Positions 1-12,286 are shown, numbered from the stretch's first letter. The stretch: 64,000 nt of DNA from Kofleriaceae bacterium (GCA_965215005.1 CBDCCZ010000042.1:192001-256000); one strand, 5' to 3'. Program-made: numbers and translations. Notes: generated by a model from the sequence alone, not told the origin.

Positions 1-1
1 G

Positions 2-778
2 GTGCTCGCCAGGCTGCTCAGGCTCTTCCTCGCCTCTACCGCCGTGGGCGCGCCACGCGAAGCGGCGGCACCGCCGGAGCGGAGCTTCGTTGCCGTGATC
101 GATGCCTACGTGGTGCGAACCGGTCCGTGGCTCATTGTTGGACTGGTGGCCGGCAGCTACGCGCAGCTGTTGCTTGCGCCCGGCGCACTGCAGCTCGCCA
201 GCTGGCTCGAGGTCCCGCTGGGGACCGCTGCCGCGATCGCGCTCGCCCGCCCGCAGGATCATCGGGCGGTGAGCGCCCAACATGCGCGACATGGCCACGC
301 AACCGCTGAGCCCGCTGTTGCCGCGGCTCCCGCGCTTCCAGCGGCTCACGACCGAGGCCCCGAGCCACTGCCGGGCGCTGCTGTTTCAGCGGCTGACGAC
401 GCGCGCCGCGGGTCCAGCTTGGCGTGCAGCGGCGGCTTGGTCTTGCTGGCCGCCGCGCTCATCGCCAAAGGCACCAGCTTGGGTGCTGCCATTGCCGGGT
501 TGGTGGTGGTCTCGATGATTCCGCACGCACTCGTCGGCAGCTCGGACCGAGCGAGCAACGCGACGCGCACTTGGGGCGCCGCGCTGGCGCTCTTCACGAC
601 CGCAACGCTGCTCGGCTGGCTCATCAACGCGCTGGCACTGCCGACCGCGCCACCGGCATGGACGCACGGGGAGCTGTATCGCAGCCTGGGTTGGCTGAGC
701 CTTTCGGCGCTCGCGGCGCTCGTGGTTCGCAGCGTCTGGCGCTTTGGCGCCCAGGCCTGGCTGAGCAGCGAGCGCTGA
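2..778 (+). CDS. Membrane permease-like protein (DUF318/ArsP-like), 5'-partial, with an in-frame low-complexity insert
   Basis: Multiple hydrophobic helices; GPWLIVGLVAG and (C)SGGLVLLAAALIAKGTSLGAAIAGL resemble permease motifs; a hydrophilic ~55 aa stretch (about nt 250-420) interrupts them. Confidence 0.45.
   Translation: MLARLLRLFLASTAVGAPREAAAPPERSFVAVIDAYVVRTGPWLIVGLVAGSYAQLLLAPGALQLASWLEVPLGTAAAIALARPQDHRAVSAQHARHGHATAEPAVAAAPALPAAHDRGPEPLPGAAVSAADDARRGSSLACSGGLVLLAAALIAKGTSLGAAIAGLVVVSMIPHALVGSSDRASNATRTWGAALALFTTATLLGWLINALALPTAPPAWTHGELYRSLGWLSLSALAALVVRSVWRFGAQAWLSSER
336..419 (-). repeat. Two tandem degenerate copies of the dispersed hairpin element, inside the permease CDS
   Basis: ttccagcggctcacgac-cgag-gccccgagccactg (336-370) and tttcagcggctgacgac-gcgc-gccgcgggtcc (384-414) match the reverse complement of the 28423-28458 hairpin (ttccagcggttcacgac-ttcc-gccgtgaaccgctag). 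Confidence 0.6.
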
Positions 779-816
779 CACGAGTTGGCGCGGTTGGCGG
801 GTGCTACGATCGCCCG

Positions 817-1386
817 ATGCGGCTCATCCACGGCATCCTTGCCAGCTTATTTCCGCCGCGACCGGAGCCGATTGCAGAGCTGCGCGCCGGCGTGCGCGCC
901 ACGGTACGCGGCGTGCTCGTCCCGCGCGACCAGATCGACAGCCCCCTCACCGAAGATCGCTGCGTCTATTATCAATACACCGTCGAGGAATGGCGGCGCT
1001 CGCAGGTCGTTGGCATCGGCTCTGATGGCTTTTGGGAGGTCATCGAACACGACGCCGCTATCGTCGAATTCTACGTGCAAGACGATACCGGCCGCGCCAT
1101 CGTCTCGCCGGAGCGCGTCAACGTGGAACGCGGTCGCCGCATCGGCGTGCAACACGTCGAGTTCGGCATCAATCGCCGCGCCCAACAGCTGCTTTTGATG
1201 GCTGGCGACACCGTCGAAATCAGCGGCGAGGTCGAGCGAGTCATCGACGTCTTCGATGAAGCGCGCGGCTTTCGCGCCTCGCCGGAGCGGCTGCTTTTGC
1301 GTGCACCTGCAAGTGACACGCTGGAGATTCGCCTCTTGGCCCGCGGCGCCGGTCTCGGCGACGCCGCCGGCAAGCTCGGGGCCTAG
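817..1386 (+). CDS. GIDE-domain-like protein (related to the non-RING domain of MUL1-type E3 ligases)
   Basis: SPLTEDRCVYY, FYVQDDTGRAIV and LLMAGDTVEISG motifs; ATG at 817 preceded by TACGAT. Confidence 0.55.
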   Translation: MRLIHGILASLFPPRPEPIAELRAGVRATVRGVLVPRDQIDSPLTEDRCVYYQYTVEEWRRSQVVGIGSDGFWEVIEHDAAIVEFYVQDDTGRAIVSPERVNVERGRRIGVQHVEFGINRRAQQLLLMAGDTVEISGEVERVIDVFDEARGFRASPERLLLRAPASDTLEIRLLARGAGLGDAAGKLGA

Positions 1387-1422
1387 CGCCGAGCAGCGAA
1401 CTTCGCGCTGTCGCCGCTGCGG

Positions 1423-1997
1423 CTACTTGATGAGCCGCGAGAGCGCCTTGAAGTGCTCGGAGTCGGCGCGGCGCAACACATCAAAGCAGGCCACCTCGGT
1501 GGCGGAGACGAAGGCGCCTGCGCGACGCATGAGCTCGAGGCCGATGGTGTGGTTCTCGCGGGTGCGCGAGCACACCGCGTCGGCCAACACGTGCACCGAG
1601 GCACCCCGCTGGCAGAGCTGGCGAACGCTTTGATACACGCAGACGTGAGTCTCCATGCCGACGACGAGCCAGGTGCGACGGCCAAGCTTGCTCCACGCGT
1701 CTTCGAAGGCAGGCGCCTCACACGCCGAGAACTCGATCTTGTCGTAGCTGTGGAGCGCCTCGCCCAGCGGCTCGAGCGCCTCGCGCACCGCCGTTATCGT
1801 GTCGCCGAGCCCCTTGGGATACTGGCGCGTGAGCACCACGGGCAGCTCGAAGCGGCGCGCCAGCTCGGCGAGGATGGCGACGTTTCGTTCCAGCCGCGCG
1901 ACAAGCTCGCCTGGCATCACCTGCGCGAGCCGCTGCTGAATGTCGATGACGAGCAGCGCCGCATCGGCGGGCTCGATCGCGAGCGTAGAGCCGGCGT

Positions 1998-2001
<4 letters not shown>
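1423..2001 (-). CDS. Isochorismatase-family cysteine hydrolase
   Basis: LLVIDIQQRL, QYPKGLG, K-x-EFS and GMETHVCV motifs; start overlaps the valS stop. Confidence 0.9.
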
Positions 2002-4787
<2,786 letters not shown>

Positions 4788-4857
4788 GGGAGCTTCCAGC
4801 TATCGCACACCCTACGCCTGCAATTCCACACGCGGCCGGGGCTCGCTGCGGCCGACA

Positions 4858-4917
4858 GCCGCGTCACGACCCACGCGGCGGCGACCAGCGATTCACGGCG
4901 ACGTCGCGAACCGCTAG
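4858..4917 (+). repeat. Intergenic copy of the dispersed hairpin element between romR and valS
   Basis: ccagcgattcacggc-gac-gtcgcgaaccgctag (4885-4917) vs ctagcggttcacggc-ggaa-gtcgtgaaccgctgg (28423-28456); weaker similarity upstream. Confidence 0.6.
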
Positions 4918-4932
4918 CAGCGCCGACGGCGA

Positions 4933-5985
4933 CTAATTCACTTTGGGGGTCAGCTGCTCGAGATGCTCGCGGATCATCTGCTCCGCCAAGCTCGGGACCA
5001 CTTCCCACACCACGCGCTCCACCGTATCGAGGCTAATCCGCAGGAGCGCGTGCATCTCGGGGCTATCGGCAGCGATGCCGAGCTGCTCGGCGGCCGCGGC
5101 CATGGCATCGGAGGCGGCCTTGGCGATCTGCGCGGTGAGCAGCGACGGCCGCTTGGTCGGAGTGCCGGAGATCATCGGCGCCCGCGCCGATGGCGGCTGC
5201 GGCAGGCCCGCCGGCGGGGTTGGCAACGCCCGATCTGCGGCCACGCCCGGCGACGCGGACGGACCGCGCCCCATGCCGCCATCGCCCGTGGCGCTCGACG
5301 GCTGAGCGGCTGGAGTGGGCGTCATCTGCGGCTTGCGCGGCTCACTCGGAGACGCCGCCATGCCGGGCTTGGCCATCGACGGCGGCATCTTGATGGTCGG
5401 CATTCCCATGATGGTTGCCGAACGTTGCGCCGCAGCCGCGGCCGCGGCGCTTTGCGCATTGGCAGTCGCGCTCGGGGTGGGCGGGGGCTTGTTTGCCGCC
5501 GCGGGCCGCGAGGCCATCGCCGGCGAGGGAATGCTCGGCAGCGGCGTGGTCGCGGCGGCGGCGCCGCTGTTGAGACCGGCCGGGCTCGCGGCGCTCGCAC
5601 TCGGGCCTTGCTGGGCAAACTTCTCCAGCAGCTCGCCGACCTTGTCGAGCATCTGCTGGGTGTCCCACGGCTTGGTGAGATAGCCGTCTGCGCCTACCTG
5701 CGCACCCTTGGTGGCATTGTAGGGCTCGGAGTTGCCGCACAGCAGCACCACCGGCACGTCCGCAAGCTCCGGATCGGCCTTGAGCTCACTGCACAGATCG
5801 TAGCCGGTCTTGCCGGGCATGAGCGCGTCCGCCAGGATCAAGCTCGGTCGCTTGGCGCGGGCCCGTTGCAGCGCTTCGTCCGCGCTGCGGGCGCCAACAT
5901 ATTCGTACTCACTCGCGCGGAAGGTAATCTCCGCGACGGTCTGCATCGTCTGGCTGTCGTCGGCGCAAAGGATGGTCTTCGACAC
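4933..5985 (-). CDS. romR: RomR-like polarity response regulator (receiver, Pro/Ala-rich linker, conserved C-terminal helix)
   Basis: Receiver ILCADDS...LADALMPGKTG; C-terminal VERVVWEVVPSLAEQMIREHL matches the RomR tail; upstream of valS as in Myxococcus; GTG start at 5985 inferred. Confidence 0.85.
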   Translation of the reverse strand: MSKTILCADDSQTMQTVAEITFRASEYEYVGARSADEALQRARAKRPSLILADALMPGKTGYDLCSELKADPELADVPVVLLCGNSEPYNATKGAQVGADGYLTKPWDTQQMLDKVGELLEKFAQQGPSASAASPAGLNSGAAAATTPLPSIPSPAMASRPAAANKPPPTPSATANAQSAAAAAAAQRSATIMGMPTIKMPPSMAKPGMAASPSEPRKPQMTPTPAAQPSSATGDGGMGRGPSASPGVAADRALPTPPAGLPQPPSARAPMISGTPTKRPSLLTAQIAKAASDAMAAAAEQLGIAADSPEMHALLRISLDTVERVVWEVVPSLAEQMIREHLEQLTPKVN

Positions 5986-6418
5986 TCGGTCCTCCGACTC
6001 GGCTGCTGCGGGGCGAGGCATGGGCCCGGATCCCGTCCCGTTGAGCCCGCGTTTGCGGGCTTCGCTCCTGTCACGTGGTATCACGCAAATCTCGGCACTG
6101 TCAATTTAACCCCCTAATAACCGGCGCCTTTTCCGCCTTCGCGGCATCGGCGCAGGGCTTCGCAGCGCTCCATCTGGGCGCATGGTGGGCGAAGTGCCCG
6201 CAGCGCAGCTGCCGCTGCAGCGCGCTCGACCGTCGTGGGCTCGCGTGCGGCCGCGTCGACGGCGCGCGCCTCGCCGAGGGCCGAGAACGAGGCGAGTTTA
6301 TCGGCTGTCCCGTGCGCCATCGGACACGGGTCACGACCATGGGATCGTGGGGCCGGCGTGAGGCTTCCGACGAGCGCCGAGCACGGAATGTCTTACGCAA
6401 GCGAAACGACGTCGCCCT

Positions 6419-6973
6419 TCAGTCGAGGAGTTCGCCACGAACGAGCCCAACAAACTCGGGGGCACTCGATTGAAGCCGCCCGAGCAGTACATGAAAAGGT
6501 ACTTGAGGGCGGCTGAGATCGGCTGCTTGCTGGCGCAATAGCTCGACGACAACAGCGGGATTCAAATCGAAGATGTTACAGAGGAATTCGTCGGGAGATT
6601 GCGCCTCTATGCCGTCAGGTAAAGACCTAAAGTCCTTGAGATTATGGGTTGTGATGACCTGTGCTCCGGCCATTACAGCAGCAGCAACCACGTGGCGATC
6701 CTTCTTGTCGTTCTGCATCGCTGGTGTGAGGTGCTGGTACCCGGTGATCTCAGCGTCTGGAAATGCCTCCTCCATGGCGCGACGGAGCCTTAGGGCCTGC
6801 TCAACTTGCATTTTGCGATGCGACACAAGGTTGCGCTCCATCTCATCGAGAATCTCGGCACTCCAGCGCAACTGGTACAGCTCCGACTCTGCTGAACGCA
6901 GGAGCGTATCCCTCAGAGTGAACGGAAACAGAACGCACGCATCCAGGACAACGACAAAGTTTGCTGCGATCAT
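6419..6973 (-). CDS. PIN-domain (VapC-like) ribonuclease toxin
   Basis: VVLDACVL, WSAEILDE, DKKDRHVVAAA and ITTHNLKDF acidic PIN motifs; GGAGG RBS; lower GC than the flanks. Confidence 0.9.
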   Translation of the reverse strand: MIAANFVVVLDACVLFPFTLRDTLLRSAESELYQLRWSAEILDEMERNLVSHRKMQVEQALRLRRAMEEAFPDAEITGYQHLTPAMQNDKKDRHVVAAAVMAGAQVITTHNLKDFRSLPDGIEAQSPDEFLCNIFDLNPAVVVELLRQQAADLSRPQVPFHVLLGRLQSSAPEFVGLVRGELLD

Positions 6974-7023
6974 CCCCCCTCCGGTGCGGCAACGGCCTAG
7001 GTTCTACAGGCCGCCACCGTCAG

Positions 7024-7524
7024 CTAATCATCCTCGTCGTCATAGCCTCCGAGCTCCTGAGTAAGTTGCGATAGCTTGCGCAGTGAAGAACGACGCTCGC
7101 TGTCGCGACGCGCTTTGAAGCCAAGAACATCGTCGATTTGAACGCGCCGATGCTTGCCTGTTCGCGTGTAGGGGATTCGCCCTTCGTCCAAAAGACGCAC
7201 CAGATATTGCCGTGAGACATTGAGGATATTCGCGGCCTGCTGCGTCGTTAGCTGCTTTCCAACGGGCACAACGGTGATGGAGTCTCCGCGGGCCATAACC
7301 TCTGCTACGCGCTCGAGCACGTAGAAGATCGACTCCGGGAGAGGAATGGTCTCACCGTTTGGACCGACGAGTTTGCACGCAGGGGCGGTTAATTGTGCGG
7401 GATGAAGCATTCCCTCCAACGCTTTGGCGAGCCGGAGAACTTCGGAACGCTGGTCAACCGGAGCCGCAATCGGTGTCATCCGACGAACTCGGTCTTCCAG
7501 CGAATTCACCTGTGGGGCAGCCAT
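7024..7524 (-). CDS. Excisionase-family (HTH_17) DNA-binding protein, putative antitoxin
   Basis: LTTQQAANILNVSRQYLVRLLDEGRIP...GKHRRV and C-terminal QELGGY; AGGAGG RBS before ATG at 7524. Confidence 0.88.
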   Translation of the reverse strand: MAAPQVNSLEDRVRRMTPIAAPVDQRSEVLRLAKALEGMLHPAQLTAPACKLVGPNGETIPLPESIFYVLERVAEVMARGDSITVVPVGKQLTTQQAANILNVSRQYLVRLLDEGRIPYTRTGKHRRVQIDDVLGFKARRDSERRSSLRKLSQLTQELGGYDDEDD

Positions 7525-7555
7525 GATTTGGACCTCCTGGACCAGGCTTAGGTGA

Positions 7556-7596
7556 AAAGCGACGTAAACGCAACCTAAAGCGACGTAAACGCAACC
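7556..7596 (-). promoter_or_regulatory. Perfect 20-bp direct repeat (21-bp period) overlapping the likely promoter of the TA operon; putative operator
   Basis: aaagcgacgtaaacgcaacc at 7556-7575 and 7577-7596; on the minus strand TTGCGT-N17-TAAGCC lies just upstream of the RBS. Confidence 0.65.
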
Positions 7597-8027
7597 CGGG
7601 GCAGGATAAAAGAATCCGTCGCCAGCTCGTGTCTTCGTGATGGCGCGCCTCCCACCGCGGGGTAGCGGCCGCCATCGAGGGAGCGAGCTTCCGGATCCAG
7701 GTGGTTTTCTGCCGCTCATCGAAGTCGCGGGTTGCGTATCGACGAAATTTCCGGCGTATCGACGGCGGAAGGAGGAGCGCGTGGCGGCGCCTGCCGTTGG
7801 TGGCTCATCGAGTCGGGCCCACGTCTGTCCATCGTTGTCCGAGACCACAGGCAGACCACCCTTTGGAACGAAAGAGTCATTGGCCACGGCCGCGCGACTC
7901 GCGAGGCCACGCTCGTCGTTCCATACGTGTGCGGCGAGTCGGCGCCGTTGCTCCCGCCGCCGCGTCTGCCGCCGCCGTTGCCACGCCCTCGACCGCCGTA
8001 GGTCCGCCGAGTACCATCTCGCCCCTG

Positions 8028-9755
8028 ATGTCGTCTCTCCTCAATCCGTTCGCCGGTGCAGCAGCTCGGTCGGTCGCGGCCGCGCTCAGCGTCGATGCCG
8101 ACGTCTTTACCGTAAGCGCGCCTCCCAAGCCCGAGCTCGGCGACTTTGCCGTCGGCTGCTTTCCCGCCGCCAAGCTCCTCGGCGAGTCGCCGGCCAAGCT
8201 CGCCGAGCGCGCGGCTGCTGCGTTCACCCCCGATGCGCACCTCACTCACGCCCGCGCGACCGGGCCGTTCGTCAACTTTCGCGCCGACCGGCCAGCGCTG
8301 TTTCGCACGCTGGCCTCGGCCACCCTTTCCAGCGTCGCCGAGGCGCCCGCGCTCATTCCCGCAATCGGCGCCGGTAAGACCATCGCTATCGACTATTCGT
8401 CGCCCAACATCTCCAAGCATCTGGCCTACCACCACATCCGCTCCACCGTTCTTGGGCAGGTATTAAAGAACCTCTACGCCGCGCTCGGCTATCGCGCGGT
8501 TGGGATCAATCACCTCGGCGACTGGGGCACGACCCACGGCATGCTATTGGCCGCGGTCGAGCGCTTCGGGCTCCCCGAACCGCTGGACATCGCCGCGCTC
8601 AATCAGCTCTATGTTCGCTACCGCAGCGCCATCGAAACCGACCCCAGCCTAGAAGACGCGGCACGAGCGTGGTTCGCTCGGCTCGAAGGTGGCGATGCCG
8701 AGGCACGGGCGCTGTGGCAGCGATTCCGAGACGTCTCGTGGGCCGAGTTTGCCGAGGTCTATTCGCTGCTCGGCGTCGACTTCGACGAGGTTCGCGGCGA
8801 GAGCGCCTATCAAGACGCCATGGCGGGGGTGATGGAGCTGCTGGCGGCAAAGAACCTGGTGGCGGAGAGCGAGGGCGCCAAGGTCGTGCATCTCGAAGAC
8901 GTCGGCATCAAGACCCCGCTGCTACTCGAAAAACAAGACGGCACCACCCTCTATGCCACCCGCGATATCGCCGCCGCGTTGTATCGCTGGCAGACGTATC
9001 AGTTCGAAAAGAGCCTGTACGTGGTCGATCGCGGCCAATCGCTGCACTTTCAGCAGTTATTTGCCACGCTCGCCAAGGCGGAGCTTGCGTGGGCGGCGCG
9101 CTGCGAGCACATCGCGTTTGGCTTGGTGCGGATGGGCGGCAAGAAGACCGGCACTCGCAGCGGCCGGGTGATCCTGCTCCGCGAGGTGCTCGACCAGGCG
9201 ATCGAAAAAGCGCGCGCGATCGTGCGCGAAAACAATCCCGACATGCCCGACGCAGAGCTCGAGGTCATCGCCCGTCAGGTCGGCCTTGGCGGGGTGATGT
9301 TCTTCAACCTGAGCTCGCAACGCGAGAAGGACGTCGACTTCGACCTCGAGACGGTGATCTCGACCAAAGGCGACACTGGGCCGTATCTGCAATACGCGCA
9401 CGCGCGCTGCGCGAGCATCTTGCGCAAAGCAGACCTCGAGCCGAGCTCGGAGGCCGATTTTTCGCTCCTCACCAGCGACGCGGAGTGGCGACTGGCGCGA
9501 CGGCTCATCGAGCTCGGCGAAGTGGTCGCGGGCGCCGCTGCGTCGAGCGAGCCGCATCACCTCAGCCGCTACCTCCTGGACGTCTGCGCGCTGTACTCGG
9601 CCTGGTATACGGCCGGCAACGGCGACGCGTCGCTGCGGGTTCTCTGCGACGATCGCGCGACCCGAGCGGCGCGGGTCGCGCTGGTCGGCGCCACCAAAGG
9701 GGTGCTGCGACGCGGGCTGGCGCTGCTCAACATCGAAGCGCCCGACCAGATGTAG
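8028..9755 (+). CDS. argS: Arginine--tRNA ligase
   Basis: DYSSPNISKHLAYHHIRS (HIGH variant), NHLGDWG, DGTTLYATRDIA, GPYLQYAHAR; ATG at 8028 chosen over the ORF-track start. Confidence 0.96.
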   Translation: MSSLLNPFAGAAARSVAAALSVDADVFTVSAPPKPELGDFAVGCFPAAKLLGESPAKLAERAAAAFTPDAHLTHARATGPFVNFRADRPALFRTLASATLSSVAEAPALIPAIGAGKTIAIDYSSPNISKHLAYHHIRSTVLGQVLKNLYAALGYRAVGINHLGDWGTTHGMLLAAVERFGLPEPLDIAALNQLYVRYRSAIETDPSLEDAARAWFARLEGGDAEARALWQRFRDVSWAEFAEVYSLLGVDFDEVRGESAYQDAMAGVMELLAAKNLVAESEGAKVVHLEDVGIKTPLLLEKQDGTTLYATRDIAAALYRWQTYQFEKSLYVVDRGQSLHFQQLFATLAKAELAWAARCEHIAFGLVRMGGKKTGTRSGRVILLREVLDQAIEKARAIVRENNPDMPDAELEVIARQVGLGGVMFFNLSSQREKDVDFDLETVISTKGDTGPYLQYAHARCASILRKADLEPSSEADFSLLTSDAEWRLARRLIELGEVVAGAAASSEPHHLSRYLLDVCALYSAWYTAGNGDASLRVLCDDRATRAARVALVGATKGVLRRGLALLNIEAPDQM

Positions 9756-9816
9756 GCCCGCGAGAAAGACGCTCGCCGCCGCGCCGCCATCTGCTCACAC
9801 GCCCCTCCATCACCGC

Positions 9817-9869
9817 CAAAAAAATTAGCATTCTGGATAACGTTTTATCCGTGGCCCTTACATTTTTTT
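9817..9869. promoter_or_regulatory. AT-rich promoter region with palindrome GGATAA-cgtt-TTATCC upstream of the kinase operon
   Basis: Inverted repeat at 9835-9850 flanked by an A-tract and a T-tract in an otherwise GC-rich sequence. Confidence 0.4.
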
Positions 9870-9897
9870 CACGGCCAGGTCGATAGCATGAGCAGGA

Positions 9898-11484
9898 ATG
9901 AAGGAGCGGGTGGAAGCCGAGACAGGTCACGTCGAACCCATCGCCCGCGTGGCGCAGTACGACGTGCTGCGCGGCATCGGCCAAGGCGGCATGGCTCACG
10001 TCTACCTCGGACGCCATCAACTGCTCGGGCGACTCGCGGCGATAAAGATTCTTCATCCTGACCAAGCCGGCGATCCGAAGATGCGCCAGCGCTTCCTCAA
10101 CGAAGCCCGGGCAGTCTCCGCGATCAGTCATCCCAACGTGGTGACGCTCTATGAGCTCGGGCAGACCCCGCGCGGCGACACCTATCTGGTGATGGAGTAT
10201 CTCGCCGGCGAGACTCTAGGGCAGCGCATCAAGGGCCGGCGCGTGCTCGAGCTTCGCGAAGCGCTCGAGGTATCCCGGCAGGTCGCCTCGGCGCTGCTCG
10301 CCGCGCACCAGGTGGGCGTCATCCACCGCGACCTCAAGCCTTCAAACGTGATGTTGGTGCCCGGTGAGGACGGCCAGGAAGAGAGCGCCAAAGTTCTCGA
10401 CTTCGGCATTGCCAAGCTCTGGGAGGACGGCGGCGAAGACGATGGCCTCACCCGAACCGGAGCGGTGGTGGGGACTCCGGCGTTCATGTCACCGGAGCAA
10501 TGTCGCGGCACCGGCGAGATCGATCACCGCTCGGACATCTACAGCCTTGGCGTGTTGATGTATCGGCTGGTCACCGGCCGCTGCCCGTTCGAGTCGCGCG
10601 GCGCCGGCGAGATCATCGGGATGCACCTCTACATGCCGCCAATGGCTCCTGCGGCACACGGCGCGCGCATTCCGGCCGCGTTCGAGCAGCTCATCCTGCG
10701 CTGTCTGGAGAAAGAGCCGCGAGATCGCTTCGCAGACATGCAAGCGCTGATCGAGGGGCTCGAAGCGATCATCGCGACGCTGGGCACGCGCGGCAGCAGC
10801 ATCGAGCTGCCGCTGATGGCGCCCCGCGAAGAAGCCGAGATTCTGCCTTCTTCGCGCGCCGAGACCGGCGATGCCTCCGGCGATTATCTCGGCCATGCGG
10901 GTGCGAAGGCGGGGGAGTGGGAGCCGGTGCTCGAGCCTTCGACACCGGCGCCCCGGTCTGCGTGGCCGCGGCGGGTGTTGCTCCTTGGCGCCATGAGCGC
11001 GCTCGGTTTGACGTTGGGCTATTTCCTCAGCAGACCACCAGCGGCGGCGGCACCAGCGGCGGCGATACCCGCCAACGTCTCGCCGGCGCCCGTCGCCCCC
11101 ATCGCCGCGCCACCGAGCGCCTCCACGCCGACAGCCGCGGCACCGGCCATCGCGCCAGAAGCGAGAAAGCCAGAAGCGACCGTGGCCGTAGCTCCAGCCG
11201 AGCGCTCGAAGCTCACGCACCAGACGAGCCAGGACAACCCGGCTTCAGAGATCGCCGATTCTGACGATACCCCCAAGGATGGCGTATCTGTCGGCACGGA
11301 GGACTCTGACGGCGGGGATCCGAGCGAGACTGCCAAACCCAGCGAGCGTGAGGCCAAGGCTGCCAGCCGACCCGAACCAGCGCGTTCGCGCCGGCGCCCG
11401 CGCGCCCGACGCAGCGCGCGACCCGAGCGGCCACGCCCCGCGGCCAAGACCGACACCTATGACTTCGAAAAACCAGTTTTCTAG
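9898..11484 (+). CDS. Membrane-anchored Hanks-type Ser/Thr protein kinase
   Basis: GQGGMAHVY, AAIK, HRDLKPSN, DFG and GTPAFMSPEQ; one TM helix; low-complexity C-tail. Confidence 0.95.
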   Translation: MKERVEAETGHVEPIARVAQYDVLRGIGQGGMAHVYLGRHQLLGRLAAIKILHPDQAGDPKMRQRFLNEARAVSAISHPNVVTLYELGQTPRGDTYLVMEYLAGETLGQRIKGRRVLELREALEVSRQVASALLAAHQVGVIHRDLKPSNVMLVPGEDGQEESAKVLDFGIAKLWEDGGEDDGLTRTGAVVGTPAFMSPEQCRGTGEIDHRSDIYSLGVLMYRLVTGRCPFESRGAGEIIGMHLYMPPMAPAAHGARIPAAFEQLILRCLEKEPRDRFADMQALIEGLEAIIATLGTRGSSIELPLMAPREEAEILPSSRAETGDASGDYLGHAGAKAGEWEPVLEPSTPAPRSAWPRRVLLLGAMSALGLTLGYFLSRPPAAAAPAAAIPANVSPAPVAPIAAPPSASTPTAAAPAIAPEARKPEATVAVAPAERSKLTHQTSQDNPASEIADSDDTPKDGVSVGTEDSDGGDPSETAKPSEREAKAASRPEPARSRRRPRARRSARPERPRPAAKTDTYDFEKPVF

Positions 11485-12271
11485 CCTCGCCGTGCTGGCG
11501 GCGATCGCGTGCCTGGCGTGGTGGCCGGCGCGCGCTGCCGGCGAAGAATCGCGTGGCGAAGCCGATCCAGCCTATCGCGAGGCCTTCGTCGCGGGCCGCG
11601 CGCACTTCGATAGCGGCGAGTGGGCGGCTGCACGGGATGCCTTTCAGCGCGCCTATGACCTGCAGCCCACTCCGCTCCTGCTCTTCAACATCGCCTCTAC
11701 CTATCGTCGCGAAGACCAGCAAGCGCAAGCGCTGGCCATGTATCGCAAGTTCCTTGCCGAAGCCGCCGAAGACGATGAGCTGCGGCCGCTCGCTGCCAAC
11801 GTAATCGCCGAGATCGAAGCCGAGCTCGAACAAGACCGCACGCCGCCTGCCCCCGCGCCGCCCGCCCCCGCGCCGCCCGCCGCGCCGCTCATCAACGACG
11901 CGGTGTCGCGCCCGGCCCCGGCACCCAACGCGGGACGCACGCTGCGCCTTGCCGGCGGCGGTTTTGCGGTGGCGGGCGGGCTGTTGCTCGGCTGGGGCGC
12001 CTTCGAAGCCGTGCGCGCTCGAGGTCACGCGGACTATGTAAACGACGTTCCGGCGGGAACGCCGTGGAGCTATGAGCTGCAAGACCGCTATGACCAGTCG
12101 CAACGAGGCAATGTCCGCGCCACCGTCGCCTGGTTTGCCGGCGGCGCAGCGCTGGCCACCGGCGTCACGCTGTACCTCGTCGGTCGGCGGGCAAAGAATC
12201 GCGAGCGGCTGGTCGTTGCGCCGTCGCTAACTCCGCGTCAGGGCCAGATTTTGGTTCGCGGCCACTTCTAG
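11459..12271 (+). CDS. Secreted TPR protein with hydrophobic C-terminal region
   Basis: Signal peptide; TPR-like GRAHFDSGEWAAARDAFQRAY...LLFNIA; ends in VRGHF; overlaps the kinase stop. Confidence 0.75.
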   Translation: MTSKNQFSSLAVLAAIACLAWWPARAAGEESRGEADPAYREAFVAGRAHFDSGEWAAARDAFQRAYDLQPTPLLLFNIASTYRREDQQAQALAMYRKFLAEAAEDDELRPLAANVIAEIEAELEQDRTPPAPAPPAPAPPAAPLINDAVSRPAPAPNAGRTLRLAGGGFAVAGGLLLGWGAFEAVRARGHADYVNDVPAGTPWSYELQDRYDQSQRGNVRATVAWFAGGAALATGVTLYLVGRRAKNRERLVVAPSLTPRQGQILVRGHF

Positions 12272-12286
12272 ATCGCAGGAGGGACG

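Noticed and set aside
7525..8027. N-terminal extensions of the antitoxin (from 7887) and argS (from 7701) in the ORF track
   Set aside because: They overlap each other and the operator repeats. The RBS and domain boundaries support starts at 7524 and 8028.
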